Assembly: GCA_037442385.1 (NCBI GenBank)
Contig: JBBIQJ010000002.1
Location: 1-45,963, forward strand
Source: Armatimonadota bacterium
GTDB taxonomy: Bacteria; Armatimonadota; Fimbriimonadia; Fimbriimonadales; GBS-DC
Reading direction: 5' to 3'
DNA: 45,963 nucleotides
The position numbers and the translations under genes are program-made. The notes below the pieces were generated by a model. It was not told the DNA's origin. It searched no databases and saw only the letters and a program-made list of their open reading frames with translations. Positions 45,376-45,963 of the stretch are shown one piece after another (positions within the stretch are counted from its first letter, which is position 1; every line of letters begins with the position of its first letter).

Positions 45376-45963
45376 TTACGCGCCGCAGCCGAAGTTGAAC
45401 AGCACAATCAACAGGTCGGCATCGTCCACAGTGCCATCCTGGTTGATATCCGACGAACCGCAGAAGCCGGAGCAGCCGAAGTCGAACAGCACCTGAAGCA
45501 GGTCGGCATCGTCCACAGTACCGTCGCCGTTCACATCACCCTCGCAGCCGCCACCGCCTGCGCAACCCTGCTCGCTCACGAAGTAGGCGCCCTCCAGCTG
45601 GATCTGATAGGTTCCGCTTGCACTGGTTGTGCCTGTCCAGTCCGCAATCGGGTTCGTGTTATCTGCGCAGGAGAGCGCACTTGAACTCCACAACGGCGAA
45701 CCGTTCGCGTCTACAGGATCGCGGTTGTAGCGACTGATTGCCAGCAGGTAGGTGCCTGCCTGGGTGATACATCCAGGCGTGTTGTCGATGCGGGACTGTA
45801 AGCCGTTGTAGTCATCATTCCCCACAAGTCCTACTCCGTCGCAGGTGAACAGCCAGAGCTGGGTGTCAAACCCTGCGCTGCCCACTGTGGTGGCGACGAA
45901 GCTGGCGGGGTCGGTGATACAGATGACATACATATCCACGCCGTTGGCTTCCAGAGCACCGCG
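45376..45963 (-). CDS. Partial (5'-truncated by window) secreted protein: PPC-like pre-peptidase C-terminal-type domain + double dockerin-like module
   Basis: The frame stays open to nt 45963 (..RGALEANGVDMYVICITDP). FDTQLWLF..DG.GLVGNDD...AGTYLLAIS resembles PPC domains. The terminal 54 aa are GDVNGDGTVDDADLL...DINQDGTVDDADLLIVLFNFGCGA. Confidence 0.7.
   Translation of the reverse strand, partial: RGALEANGVDMYVICITDPASFVATTVGSAGFDTQLWLFTCDGVGLVGNDDYNGLQSRIDNTPGCITQAGTYLLAISRYNRDPVDANGSPLWSSSALSCADNTNPIADWTGTTSASGTYQIQLEGAYFVSEQGCAGGGGCEGDVNGDGTVDDADLLQVLFDFGCSGFCGSSDINQDGTVDDADLLIVLFNFGCGA

Overview
This is a 46-kb, high-GC bacterial chromosomal segment (about 60-63% G+C in spot counts of 60-nt lines), densely coding on both strands. 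The backbone is a minus-strand ribosomal/RNAP cluster (map-infA-rpmJ-rpsM-rpsK-rpsD-rpoA-rplQ-truA-rplM-rpsI, with purD appended). It also holds gyrB, rph, tRNA-Asn, a FadN-type beta-oxidation fusion, actP plus its DUF4212 partner, prkA, tenA, and a translationally coupled sdhB-surE-trkA-ABC ATPase string. Accessory content is interleaved with this backbone:
- one CRISPR-type repeat with a putative leader at the left edge;
- three secreted proteins sharing a C-terminal double dockerin-like tag;
- a PEP-CTERM protein behind a consensus sigma-54 promoter;
- two DUF1559/H-X9-DG pseudopilin genes bracketing DUF1854 and PmoA-like (DUF6807) genes;
- two lower-GC islets;
- a three-copy hairpin-rich palindromic intergenic element, one copy of which has a target-site duplication.

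The gene content and the many leaderless starts behind a GGG-TATAAT motif resemble Armatimonadota/Planctomycetota-type genomes, but taxonomy cannot be verified here. I see no complete known defence system, prophage, transposase or rRNA. The candidates I consider most likely to be new biology are the repeat/MITE-like element family, the pseudopilin-DUF1854-PmoA-like operon, and the low-GC module between prkA and gyrB (strong promoter, structured leader, overlapping small ORFs and a 401-aa Cys-rich secreted protein). All family assignments come from motif recognition by eye, not from searches.
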